Positions 1 through 10,440 of a stretch of 20,000 bases of DNA are shown in pieces. Made by a program: the position numbers and the translations under genes. The notes under the pieces are model-generated. The model saw nothing but the letters and a program-made list of their open reading frames with translations. It made no database searches and was not told the origin of the DNA. The stretch covers positions 56,630-76,629 of the forward strand of contig JAXLNO010000075.1 of the NCBI GenBank assembly GCA_038087875.1. Direction: 5' to 3'. The stretch is from Malacoraja senta (lineage: Eukaryota). Numbering within the stretch: position 1 is the first letter of the stretch; each line of letters begins with the position of its first letter.

Positions 1-1445
1 CGGTACTGAAGCATTACTACTGGGCTGCAAATGCGAGGGCTCTCACTTTCTGGAAATGGGGTTTTCCTGATGATGACCGGTCTGATGTTTCCCCACTCTA
101 GCTAAAAATTGAATCCATGTATGTTTCAGAGACCTCTCTCCCAGTGTTGCTCTTTTTCGGAGCACAGGTTCCCTACAAATTAGTTGGCCATAACTTCATT
201 CTCAGAAACTCCGTAAGGATTCTGAATCAAATAAAAACAAATTGGGGATTGGTAAATATCTCAGTGTATACCCCTATAGTACACACAATCACTTGTTCAA
301 ACCAACACTGATGGTAGAGTGTTTCTGGACTGGAGGGGGAAGGGGCTGTGTTGTATTGATGATCTCTACATAGATAATAAATTTGCCTCATTTTTTCAGC
401 TCCAAACTAAATATCGCCTTCCTCAACAACACTTCTATCGCTACCTTCAAGTCGGGCAATTTGTACGGGAGCGTATCCCAGAATTCATAGTCAAACCAAA
501 AAGTCACATTCTTTATGATCTACTTCTCTCACAGCCTGACTCTAAACACTTGATCTCCCGCTTTGTCACTGCCTTTACGACACCAGTTGAAGCTGGTCAT
601 CTCAGGGAGGCCTGGGCTACAGAATTGGGCACTCCTGTGTCAAATGAACTGTGGGAGGAAGGTTTGTCCGGTATACAGAGTTGCTCTATTAGTTCTAGAT
701 ACAGATTAATTCAATTTAAAGTCTTGCATAGACTACATTATTCTAAAACCAAACTTAACAAGATTTTTGAATCGGTTTCCTCCATGTGTGACAGATGTGG
801 TACTGCAGAAGGATCACTATCACATTTATTTTGGCACTGTCCAGTATTAAGTAATTTCTGGAGTGACATATTTAACTGTCTTTCCAAACAATGTCGAATA
901 AATATTCCGCCTGATTGTAATCTGGCTATTTTTGGTTGCTCTGACAATACAAGGGCCCTTCCTTCCCACCAGAAGCAGATTCTTAGAGCAGGTATGGTTG
1001 CAGCTAAAAAAATAATATTACTGAATTGGAAGTCCCCACTCTCCCCATGTTTTAAGAGGTGGCTCAACGAAATGCTTTCTATTGCTAAGATGGAACAGAT
1101 TCGTTTTAACAAAGGAAATTTACAAAATTATTTTTTGAAGGTGTGGAAACCATTTTTGATTTTGCTTGAAGAGGCATAATTGTCTGATCTGTTTATTTTG
1201 CTGTTGTGCTATGTCTTTAATCTGAGCGAACTTTGATCTTGCACTCTGATTGATATTCTGGCTGCCCCACACTTGTTTTTTTTTTGTTTCTTTAATTGGT
1301 GTTTTTTGTTTGCTGTCTACTGTGTGTTCGTTATGATTAAAAAAATGAAGCTGTACAATAATTGTATAATGGTAGATGCCGAGCGATTTATCCTTGTACA
1401 ATTGCTTCCAATAAAAATAAATTAATAAAAAAAGGAGAAAAAAAG
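1..1445 (+). mobile_element. L1-clade LINE, 3' part: ORF2 C-terminus (to 1179), 3' UTR and A-rich tail
   Basis: Translation gives YYWAANARAL near the start and, in ORF 319-1179, FKVLHRLHYS, the CCHC knuckle CDRCGTAEGSLSHLFWHC and AAKKIILLNWK, typical of fish L1 ORF2. Stops and a frameshift occur before 319. T-rich UTR, then AATAAA and an A-rich tail at ~1410-1445. Confidence 0.9.
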
Positions 1446-2244
1446 AAGTAATATCCTTCCTCTGTATATAATGATCCATTACAGCCCCTTCGGGTATTAA
1501 TGACTTCTCCCCCTCCAGACCAGTCCCTCCACGCTTCACTGATCCCATTGCTATAACTGGGGATTGGCAGGTAATGGGATCCTACCGTCAGATGAGTCCC
1601 GTTAGCCCATCCACACAACAGCTGAAATCCAGCATTTACAGGGATACATTCCTTAGACACCTTACATTGGACTCCTTTATAGGTAAGGTTACATGCGGAG
1701 CCGTGAACGGGCCCTTGCAGAGAGCAAGTGAGGTTATTTTTTTAACATTTATGACTATACACCCGTGTCCTTGGTTACTAAAACAATTTTCATATTGCCT
1801 GTTGTCATTATTGGTGGTGAAGTTACATGGCCTAGCCGGTGCTCTTGACGCCGTCCTAGATCCATGATAGCAATTGTCGTAGGAGTGGTTATTGTTCTTA
1901 GGGAGCGGTAAGCAGTTGGCCGGTGGAGCGAGAAGCCTATCATAGCTGATGATAACGGGCTTGACAGGGACCGGTTTTTCATCCTGGCACTTCACCAGTC
2001 GTTCAGTTCTGCCCCATGCAGGGGATGGGGTAAACAGGGAGGTAATTGATGTAATTCGTGGATAACAAACCACCTGCCCCTTCCCGAATAGCTCGCTGTG
2101 TGCCTGAATAAATAGATTGGAGTTTTCTCATTCCCCTTTCTTTCCTCGTTTGTTCCATCCGTATTCAGGCTTTGTCCATTTCCAACCGAAACCGATTAAC
2201 CCTACTGAGGTCGTCACACATATTAATGCCACGAAGACCCTCAT
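1446..2244 (-). pseudogene. Endogenous retrovirus env-like gene, decayed and truncated by the L1
   Basis: ATG at 2244 opens MRVFVALICVTTSVGLIGFGW (signal-peptide-like). After one TGA (2128-2130) the same frame continues into ORF 1636-2073 (Cys-rich, with N-glycosylation sequons such as NFT), then apparently shifts into the 1388-1660 frame (LLCGW...EEGYYF). It lies directly downstream of integrase and of a splice acceptor. Confidence 0.65.
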
Positions 2245-2264
2245 CTTAGCGGTTTATTTCGTAT

Positions 2265-2300
2265 CTGCGAACACAAGGGAAGGGAAAAGAAAAGAACGTG
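2265..2300 (-). promoter_or_regulatory. Putative retroviral env splice acceptor
   Basis: Minus strand reads TTCTTTTCTTTTCCCTTCCCTTGTGTTCGCAG|, 20 nt upstream of the env-like ATG. Confidence 0.6.
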
Positions 2301-2316
2301 CAATTTCATAGCAAAA

Positions 2317-2631
2317 TTAATTCGTACCCTGCTTTTCGTGGACCAGATCCCCCTCCCTGACCTCGACCTCCCCCCTTTGCTTGGTGTCACCAAGCACTTT
2401 ACAATGGTGCAAATGCACCGATGCCGATCGTCCTTCCACCTTTACCGCGGTGGGGGTGGTGAGGAGAACCTGGAAGGGGCCCAACCATCGAGGAGAAAGG
2501 GTGTCCTTACGAACGCAATTCTTAATCAACACATAAGAACCCAGGGTGATCCGTCCATCAACGGGAAAGTCTATGTCGCCCACATAAGCGGCCTTGATCT
2601 CCCCGTGAATCTCACGCAGGGCCCTTGTAAG
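2317..2631 (-). mobile_element. Endogenous retrovirus pol fragment, integrase C-terminal domain (gamma/epsilon-like)
   Basis: GSYVLIKNCVRKDTLSPRWLGPFQVLLTTPTAVKVEGRSASVHLHHCK matches the class I retroviral integrase CTD pattern (PRWxGPYxVLLTTPTAVKV...HCK). The homology is cut at 2631 by a CAAAG TIR. Confidence 0.88.
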
Positions 2632-2807
2632 CAAAGATACTAGAGGAGCAAGATAGACGACTCCTCCGAAATCCAATGGACTGACGTGTAGTACGCAATG
2701 GAACGTCACGGCCGCCATTTTCTAATGCAAAACGCGACTTCCGGTTTGCCTCCCGCTGCTTTGATCCAAAGATTATATAGCGGAGCGGAGCGCCTCTAGT
2801 ATCTTTG
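2632..2807. mobile_element. P-superfamily-like MITE (176 bp) with 18-bp TIRs
   Basis: The left end CAAAGATACTAGAGGAGC matches the reverse complement of the right end GCGCCTCTAGTATCTTTG at 17/18. A third end (CAAAGATTATATAGCGGAGC) starts internally at 2767. Flanks CTTGTAAG and GTGTAACC are not a TSD. Confidence 0.72.
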
Positions 2808-3159
2808 GTGTAACCAGTGTAATTAGTGTTGTAGGGAACAGTGTTTGATATATCAAACAGTGTTTGATATAGCGCATCTATCACCTCACATATTTCAGTT
2901 AATTTTATTGTAAATGTTTTCCCCATTCCCCCATTTCCCTCCCATCTTTCCTCCCCAGCCGCCACCTTTGCGTAGTTTCCCTTGCATTGTATTGTGCAGC
3001 TTCCCTTGTATTGATTTAACACACACTACACAAAATTAAATGTAACTTATATATATATTTATATGGATGTGTGTTTGTGTGTGCCTGTATGTGAGAGGCA
3101 AGTTGAGGGTCTGTCCCACCAGCATGCAATTGCATGCGTCCAGCGCGACCGAACGTGGT

Positions 3160-3208
3160 CGCTTGTGGTTTTAAATGTGCTATATAAATAAAAGTGACTT
3201 GACTTGAC
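3160..3208 (+). mobile_element. 3' tail of an L2-like LINE/SINE
   Basis: GTGCTATATAAATAAAAGT followed by a (GACTT)n tail. Confidence 0.45.
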
Positions 3209-3274
3209 ATATTTCTCTAGTTTCTTTCTTCAGATTTCCTCTAATTCGTTTAGCAACCTTTTTCTTTCAATCTC

Positions 3275-3306
3275 TGTGTGCATGTATATATATAATTGTG
3301 TGTGTG

Positions 3307-3352
<46 letters not shown>

Positions 3353-3475
3353 TATATCACTATATATATCACAATATATATTACAATAAGTGTGTATATA
3401 CATATATAAACACATATATTTGTATGTATACATATATATATATACACACACACACATATATATAAAATATATATG
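3275..3475. repeat. Compound (TA)n/(CA)n/(TG)n microsatellite
   Basis: Directly visible dinucleotide runs. Confidence 0.95.
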
Positions 3476-3699
3476 AAATCCTAATATTGTGAATAAAATA
3501 TCCATGAACACAATGTCGAAATATTTTTCCATTATTTCATTCTATATTAGCGTAACACAGTGTAGTGCATACATCCCTACATATTTAAATTCAATCGATA
3601 AGTTGGTCAAATAATATGGGGACCTTCTTGCTTTTTTTGACACATGGATTTTTAAAACTTGAATGTCTCATAACGATACATTTGTGGGTCAGCAGTATT

Positions 3700-4605
3700 T
3701 TGCACCAACCCCCACAATTTCAAATAATTCTAAATTGAACTTCATAAACAAGGAAAACACTTTTTATTTACATCATTTTGTGCGCGACATATACAGGGTT
3801 GCAGTGTTTTGCATATCAGCTAATCAATAAAAGTGATGTCAAATTCAACATATTTCAAACAAAGGACAACATTTCCAACTTATATACAATAACTAGACTA
3901 AGTTGGGTCCCAGCATCACACGGGAGGGCTGGTCACCCAATGCAATATTCCACCTCTCCACCAATTCCAATATTGCTGGCCAGTGCGGGGAGGGGGGGCT
4001 TTCTGTTGCGCTAGTATGGGTGTTGTGGGCCGAAGGGACTTGTTTCCAGAGGGCTAGTATGGACATTGTGGGTCGAATGGATTCTTGGGCTGGCAGCTCA
4101 GTCACTGAGGCCTGGCAGTACAGTCACTCAGACCTGGCAGGCTGGCAGCTGAGAAACTGCCAGAAATTCTGCCCAAAACAGGTGACAGACTCTGAGAGAA
4201 GGGGGAGAGGGTGGACTGAATGGATTATTGGCCTGGCAGTTCAGTCACTTACAGCTGGTGGGCTGGCAGTTCACTTACTCACGGCTCGTGGGTTGGCAGT
4301 TCTGTCACTGACGGCTGGTGGGCTGGCAGTGCAGTCACTGACGGCTGGAACCGATATTGCACCAACCCACTCAATTTTAAATAATTCATAATAGAGATCC
4401 ATTAACATACTTCTCACTTTATTTCTGACATGCATGGTAAGATTTACATAATTAACATTATTCTGTGCGCGAGATATACAGGGTTGCAGTGTTAAGCATA
4501 TCAGCTAACCAGTGAAAGTGATGTACAATTCAACGTATGTAACACAATGATAGCCCCACCCCTGCTTACACCGAAGACCAAAATGTCCAACGAAGATACA
4601 ATAAT
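3700..4605 (+). repeat. Diverged direct repeat (~3700-3891 and ~4356-4605) separated by an inserted element
   Basis: Shared blocks in the same order: TTGCACCAACCC..CAATTT.AAATAATTC, TGTGCGCGA.ATATACAGGGTTGCAGTGTT..GCATATCAGCTAA and AAAGTGATGT..AATTCAAC. Confidence 0.8.
3892..4350. mobile_element. Unclassified GC-richer insertion with internal ~30-bp tandem repeats (GGCTGGCAGTTCAGTCACTGACGGCTGGTG)
   Basis: Abrupt composition change starting at ACTAGACTAAG. About 4 tandem units at 4230-4350 and degenerate ones at 4090-4150. Confidence 0.5.
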
Positions 4606-4667
4606 AAATAATCACCATTTGCATTGTTTTGTGCAGTTAACAAATCACAATTTCACACAATGTACAT

Positions 4668-5000
4668 AAGACGGCAGTTATTTGACAAATACTCCGCAGT
4701 TCGGTGTAGATCATGTCCTGTCGACATCTGAAATTAAAGAAAATATCATGCAGTCAATATGTTCTTATTCTGCATTAAATAACAGAGAGGTATAAAGAAA
4801 ATGCTCTTTAGGAGAATATTTTTAAAAGGATGTTGCCATGAGGACTCGACTATCTGAGATCAATGATCTAACTACAGTGAGAGATTGAACAGGCTAAATA
4901 AAAATTTCAATATGCCACAGAAGTAATAAATGTTTTCTTACCTTTCCTCCTTAATGGGGAACCTGAAGAAAGACAAGTCGGGTTGCCTACATTGCCGATT
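4668..5000 (-). pseudogene. Second, decayed THAP-domain gene fragment (end of exon 1, intron 1, start of exon 2)
   Basis: 4942-5000 encodes NRQCRQPDLSFFRFPIKEE-AG|GTAAG versus NRQCKRPDLSFFRFPDKKE-AG|GTGAG in the main copy. Acceptor TTTCAG| precedes 4727, then RTAEYLSNNCRL versus *TPEYLSANCCL, with an internal deletion and frameshift. Confidence 0.85.
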
Positions 5001-5019
5001 GTTTTTCTCAGGTCCATCT

Positions 5020-5183
5020 GGAGCACACGGTATTGGGGGTAGGGTGTTGACATGGATAGAAAATTGGTTGGCAGACCGGAAGCAAAGAGTAGGAGTGAAC
5101 GGGTCCTTTTCAGAATGGCAGGCAGCGGCGAGTGGAGTGCCGCAAGGCTCGGTGTTGGGGCCGCAACTGTTTACCATATATAT
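5020..5183 (+). mobile_element. CR1-type LINE reverse transcriptase fragment
   Basis: HGIGGRVLTWIENWLADRKQRVGVNGSFSEWQAAASGVPQGSVLGPQLFTIYI. Confidence 0.88.
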
Positions 5184-5448
5184 CGAGCAACTGTCCATAT
5201 GGTGCCAGCACAATAACCTGGCACTCAACACCAGCAAAACACTACAAAAAGTAGTAAACACTGCCCAGTCCATCATCGGCTCTGACCTCCCTTCCATCGA
5301 GGGGATCTATCACAGTCGCTGCCTCAAAAAGGCTGGCAGTATCATCAAGGACCCACACCATCCTGGCCACACACTCATCTCCCTGCTACCTTCAGGTAGA
5401 AGGTACAGGAGCCTGAAGACTACAACGACCAGGTTCAGGATTAGCTAC
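5184..5448 (+). mobile_element. Rex1/Babar-like LINE 3' region, internally deleted (left part, split by Gypsy)
   Basis: WCQHNNLALNTSKT is fused directly to LQKVVNTAQSIIG...DPHHPGHTLISLLPSGRRYRSL..TTRFRISY. Confidence 0.8.
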
Positions 5449-5652
5449 TGTAGATGAGATATGCATGTGCCTTTAACATAGTGACCTCATACCTACTAAC
5501 CACTCCCCATATCACAAGTATATCTACAACCTCCCCACCCACAGATCGCTCTCTAGTTCCTGTGACAGACCACATACAGCTAGTGCAATGTGTAATGCTC
5601 CAGTATGAATAAAGATAGTAAAGTAACGATGCCTCGTTATGGATTCTTTACA
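5449..5652 (+). repeat. 5' LTR
   Basis: TGTAGATGAG...TTCTTTACA, contains AATAAA. I count 5 mismatches to the 3' LTR. Confidence 0.97.
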
Positions 5653-5664
5653 TGGTGTCGAATA
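5653..5664 (+). promoter_or_regulatory. Primer binding site (priming tRNA not determined)
   Basis: TGGTGTCGAATA immediately follows the 5' LTR. Confidence 0.7.
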
Positions 5665-5748
5665 ACTTACCTTGCGCCTCCTGTTTATCGGTTTATCATT
5701 TAATTTTGTCCCAGTTTTTTGTTTCCCCCGCCCTCCTATTTCTTTGTC

Positions 5749-8700
5749 ATGGCCTCTTCTGCCCGTAAGCCCGATGTGCTCGTTTTCGATTTAGACATCG
5801 CCCTTCGATGGGACGTATTCAAACGTGACTTTGAACACTATTTCACGATCGCTCATCCTGCCGCCACCGCCGACCTCAAAGCCTCTCTGCTTCTCAACTT
5901 GGCTGGTCCCGAGGCCCTGACTCGCTCTGACTTCTTCGTCTACGCTGATGGCGAATCAGCTCGGGACCGGTATGTCTGGTGGCTAAGTTTGATGCTATTT
6001 GTGATATTCCGACAAATTGCATCTTAGAACGTTTTAAACTGTTCGCGCGGCGTCAGCTCCCTGGGGAATCTGCTGAGAACTATGTCATTGCGCTGCGGCA
6101 CCTCGGCAGGCGCTGCCGCCTCCACGCGTGGAACCCCGATGAGATTCTCAGGGACCTACTGGTTTACGGTCTCCGTGATGAGAAGCTCAGGGCCGAACTT
6201 CTGCGCAAGCCGGATCTGACTTTAACCGATGCTATGCACGCTACTCGCTTAGCTGAAGCTGTTTCCTCGGCGGCGTCGCCGGCTGAGCAGGCGATCAACT
6301 TTGCCAGCACTCCCAGTCATCTCATGAACACACCCCAGTCGCGACCCCCGGGGTCGCTCGCTGCTCGAGGGGGACGCGCCCCGGGGTTCGGTGCTACAGG
6401 GGGAGGTACCCGGCAAAGGTGCCCTAATTGCAACTTCACGACTCATCAATACAATGTGTGCCCTGCCTTGGGTAAAACGTGTAATGTCTGCAAAAAATTG
6501 AACCATTTTGCTGCGGCTTGTCGTTCCCGTGGGAAGCCTGTCGCTGCTCGAAGGGGAAATTTAAACAACCTTCTACAAGCTGACAGTGCGCTCAGCTCCC
6601 AGTGTTATTTCGATGAACAGTCTGTTTCTGCATCTGACTCCTCTCAGGGGGAGACCAACTTGTTTACCGTGTTGGACGCACCTGCTATGATAACGGACCC
6701 TTCTGTGCTAGTCACTGTGAACAACTCGACCTTCACTGCTAAGATTGACACGGGGGCTGTGGCCAACGTAATGTCAACATCTCTTTTCAACCAGATAAGA
6801 ACTAATGAGCAGATATTTTCCCAGAGCTCAACCTTGCATGCCTACGGTGGGGAGATTCTTACTCCTGTGGGCAAGGCCACGCTACGCTGTAAGATACTAG
6901 AGACCTCTCGGCCCCTCACCTTCTATCTCCTCGATCAAAAATGCATTCCCCTGTTGGGGATCCGGGCATGCCAGGAAATGGGACTGGTGTACTTCCACCG
7001 TGACATCCACCAGGTGCAGACTCTTATGGACCCGCTGGCCGATTATCCCGACCGCTTTGATGATCAGCTAGGCAAACTACCCTGCAGCTACAAGATTGTA
7101 GTGGACCGTAAGATCGTTCCTGTGGTCCATGCTCCTCACCGTGTCTCCTTCGCCATGAGGGACAGAGTGGAGGCGACACTACACAGTATGGTACAAATGG
7201 GCATCCTAAAGGCGGTCGTCGAGCCCACCAGCTGGGTCTCTTCCATGGTTGTTGCTGCTAAAAAGGACATGAGCAAGATACGCATCTGCATCAACCCCAA
7301 AGACCTCAACCTGGCCATTAGACGCCCTCACTACCCTATGAGAACGGTGGAAGAACTCGCTGCACAGGTTGGTCCAGCAACGGTTTTTTCTGTCCTCGAT
7401 GCCAAAAGCTCCTTCTGGCAGATACCACTGGACGAGCGGTCGTCCATTTTGACAACTTTCGCCACCCCCTACGGAAGGTTTCGGTTCCTCCGAATGCCAT
7501 TCGGAATCAACTGCCAGCGAAGTATCTCAGCGGACAATGGAGCAGTTGTTTTTAGGTCTACCATGCGCCATAATTGTTGACGACATCCTCGTTTACGGTA
7601 AGGACGTTGCCGAACACGATGTCAACCTCCGCCAGGTCCTGGACCGGGCCCGGCAAATCAACTTGAAACTGAACCCCAAGAAGTGCCGATTCCGCGTCCC
7701 GGAGGTCACCTATGTTGGACATGTATTCACCGCTGAGGGATTAAAGCCAGACCCGCAGAAAACGGCTGCCATCTCAGGGATGCCCCCTCCTACCAATGTG
7801 GCAGGCCTGCAACGCTTCCTCGGCTTGGTAAACTACCTGGGGAAGTTCATCCCGACCTCAGCGAGCTCAGCGCTCCCCTGAGGGATCTGATAAAAAAGGA
7901 CACGTCCTGGCTTTGGTTACCCAACCATCAGAAGGCATTCGACATTCTTAAGTCTAAGCTGATCAGCACCCCCACGCTCAAGTTCTTTGACCTGCAGCGT
8001 CCCATTGTCCTCACCTGCGACGCCTCTCAGTTCGGACTCGGTGCCGCCTGTCTCCAGGTCCATGACGGCCTGCAGCTGCCTGTCTCCTTCGCGTCCCGCA
8101 CCATGACCGCCACCGAACAGCACTACGCGCAGATCGAGAAGGAGCTACTGGCCGTGGTGTTTGCCTGCTCCAAATTCCGGGACTACATCGTGGGCAACAC
8201 TTTCACTGTTGAAACTGACCATCAGCCTCTTGTCACCATCCTCAACAAGTCGATCCATGTGGTCTCAACACGCCTGCAGCGCATGATGCTGCAGCTCCAG
8301 CGCTTCACGTTCACGGTGGTTTATCGTAAGGGCAAGGACATGTTCGTGGCCGACACGTTGTCTCGCGCCACGCTGACGTCCACCGCTCGCCACCAATATG
8401 AAATGTCTGAGCTATTGGTGCTACAATTGAACATCGTCCCCTCACAGCAGATGAAGTCCCTGGTTGAACACACTACCAATGACCCTGCCCTGCAACAGCT
8501 GTCTGCCGTCATCCGGCAGGGCTGGCCTGACCGTCGTTCGGCACTGCCGGCTGGTGCCGTGCCCTACTTCCTGGTCCGTGACGAGCTCGTACTGCACGAC
8601 GGCGTGGTGGTGAAGGGTCACAAGGTGGTCGTGCCCGCGGCGCTGCACGACCACTATTTTCAAGTCGCTCACCGCGGTCATCCTGGGGCCGAAGCCACCG

Positions 8701-9914
8701 TGTCTCTCGCCAAGAGCCAGTTCTATTGGCCGGATATGGCCAAATACATCCGGGAGAGGGTCTCCTCGTGTTCCACCTGCAACAGCCTCGCCCCCCACCA
8801 GCAGCGTCAGCCGCTTCTGCAGCAGCCCGCGCCCGAACTGCCCTGGATGGCGCTTGCCGCCGACATTTTCGAGTGGCGGGGCAAACACTTCCTGGTTCTC
8901 GTTGACTCCTACTCCAGCTGGTTTGTGGTCGACCGGCTGCATTCCATAACCTCTTCGGCCGTCATCGATAGGTTGTACCCTCATTTTGGCACTTTTGGCC
9001 CCCCGGCAAGCCTGCAATCGGACAATGGCAGCCAGTTCACGAGCTCCGAGTTTAAAGCGTTCGCTTCCAGATGGAACTTCCGCCATTTCACCAGCAGCCC
9101 GGAGTACCCGCAAAGCAACGGTTTGGCCGAGCGCGCAGTCCGCAGTGCTAAGCACCTGTTGGAACAGTGTGGTGGCATTAACTCCGACTTCCATCTGGCC
9201 CTCCTCAACCTTCGGAACATTTCCCGCGACTCTGCCATGGGTTCACCTGCTCAGCGGCTCATGTCTCGCGCTACCAGACTCCCGCTCCCTGTGGCCCAGC
9301 GCTCCCTCATACCCTCCATCCTCCCACCTGCGGCGGTTCAGAAACGCATTGCCTTCAGGCACGACGTCCAACAGCGTTCCCACGACAGGTCCTGCCACCC
9401 GCTGCCGCGCCTCTTCCCCGGTCAAGTAGTCCGTATGCAGACCGCTCCCGGTCACTCCAAGCTCGCTACCGTCGTCGGCTCTGCGGGGTCGCCCAGGTCC
9501 TATCTCGTCGACCACGCTGGAGCCATTTACCGACGGTCCCGCCAGCACCTTCGGCTCGTCAACGAGCCGCGTCCTCCTGCCGCGGATCCCTTTGCTCCCC
9601 CACTGCCTGTTTCGCGTCAGGGCGTTGCTCTGCCCGTCCTTCCTGACATGCAACGTTCTGCTCCTCCTCAGCCCCTTCCGTTCCACCCCGCTCCGACTAG
9701 TCCTCGCTCGCCTGCCCGCGCTCTTCCCGGTCCTGATCTCGCATCACCTCCGGGTTTGGTGCCGCGGTCTCCTCCGTCTCCTCCCGTTTCCCCCTTTCAG
9801 GTTCGTCTGTCCCCGCCGGTGCCTCTTCCTCCTGCAGGAAGGGTGGATGGCGAGACGCGAACCCGGGCGGGACGTCTTGTCAAACCGCCTGACCGCTATG
9901 GCGATTTTGTTTAA
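5749..9914 (+). pseudogene. Gypsy gag-pol polyprotein with frameshifts near 5970, 7517 and 7855
   Basis: Two CCHC knuckles (CPNC..H..C and CNVCKKLNHFAAAC), protease IDTGA, RT LDAKSSFWQI/RMPFG/IVDD, RNase H YAQIEKELLA/TDHQPL, integrase HRGH..CSTC with ADIF, SDNG and AERAV, and a Pro-rich tail ending TRAGRLVKPPDRY. Confidence 0.95.
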
Positions 9915-9971
9915 CTATCCTAGCGCATGAGCTGTGGTCGCCATGTCACCATTGTATTTGCCTGTCGTTTC

Positions 9972-9983
9972 GAAGAGGAAAGA
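9972..9983 (+). promoter_or_regulatory. Polypurine tract
   Basis: GAAGAGGAAAGA directly before the 3' LTR. Confidence 0.85.
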
Positions 9984-10187
9984 TGTAGATGAGATATGCA
10001 TGTGCCTTTAACATAGTGACCTCATACCTACTAACCACTCCCCATATCACAAGTATAACTACAACCTCCCCACCCACAGATCGCTCTCTAGTTCCTGTGA
10101 CAGACCACGTACAGCTAGTGCAATGTATAATGATCCAGTATGAATAAAGATAGTAAAGTAACGACGCCTCGTTATGGATTCTTTACA
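9984..10187 (+). repeat. 3' LTR
   Basis: 204-bp direct repeat of 5449-5652. Confidence 0.97.
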
Positions 10188-10440
10188 GCTACTTCCCCAC
10201 AGCCATCAGGCTATTAAACTTGGCTCGGACAAAACTCTGAACATTAATAGCCCATTATATGTTATGTGCACTTTATCAGTTTATTTATTCATGTGTGTAT
10301 AAATTTATATAATTGTATATGGACACACTGATCTGTTTTGTAGTCAATGCCTACTATGTTCTGTTGTGCTGAAGCAAAGCAAGAATTTCATTGTACAATC
10401 AGGAACACATGACAATAAACTCAATTGAACGAACTTGAAC
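10188..10440 (+). mobile_element. Rex1/Babar-like LINE 3' end (right part)
   Basis: The frame resumes as (S)YFPTAIRLLNLARTKL*, followed by a UTR, AATAAA and a TTGAAC-repeat tail. Confidence 0.82.

Larger units (their letters stand above)
5449..10187 (+). mobile_element. Full-length Ty3/Gypsy LTR retrotransposon (Mag-like), 4739 bp
   Basis: Two 204-bp TG...CA LTRs, 5-bp TSD GCTAC (5444-5448 and 10188-10192), PBS-like TGGTGTCG, polypurine tract, and gag-PR-RT-RH-IN order. Confidence 0.97.

Noticed and set aside
5960..7860. Programmed frameshifting in Gypsy gag-pol
   Set aside because: The breaks fall inside gag and RT domains, not at the gag-pol boundary, so they are decay or sequencing errors.
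8442..9686. Antisense and alternate-frame ORFs over integrase
   Set aside because: Expected shadow ORFs in GC-rich coding DNA, with no recognisable motifs.
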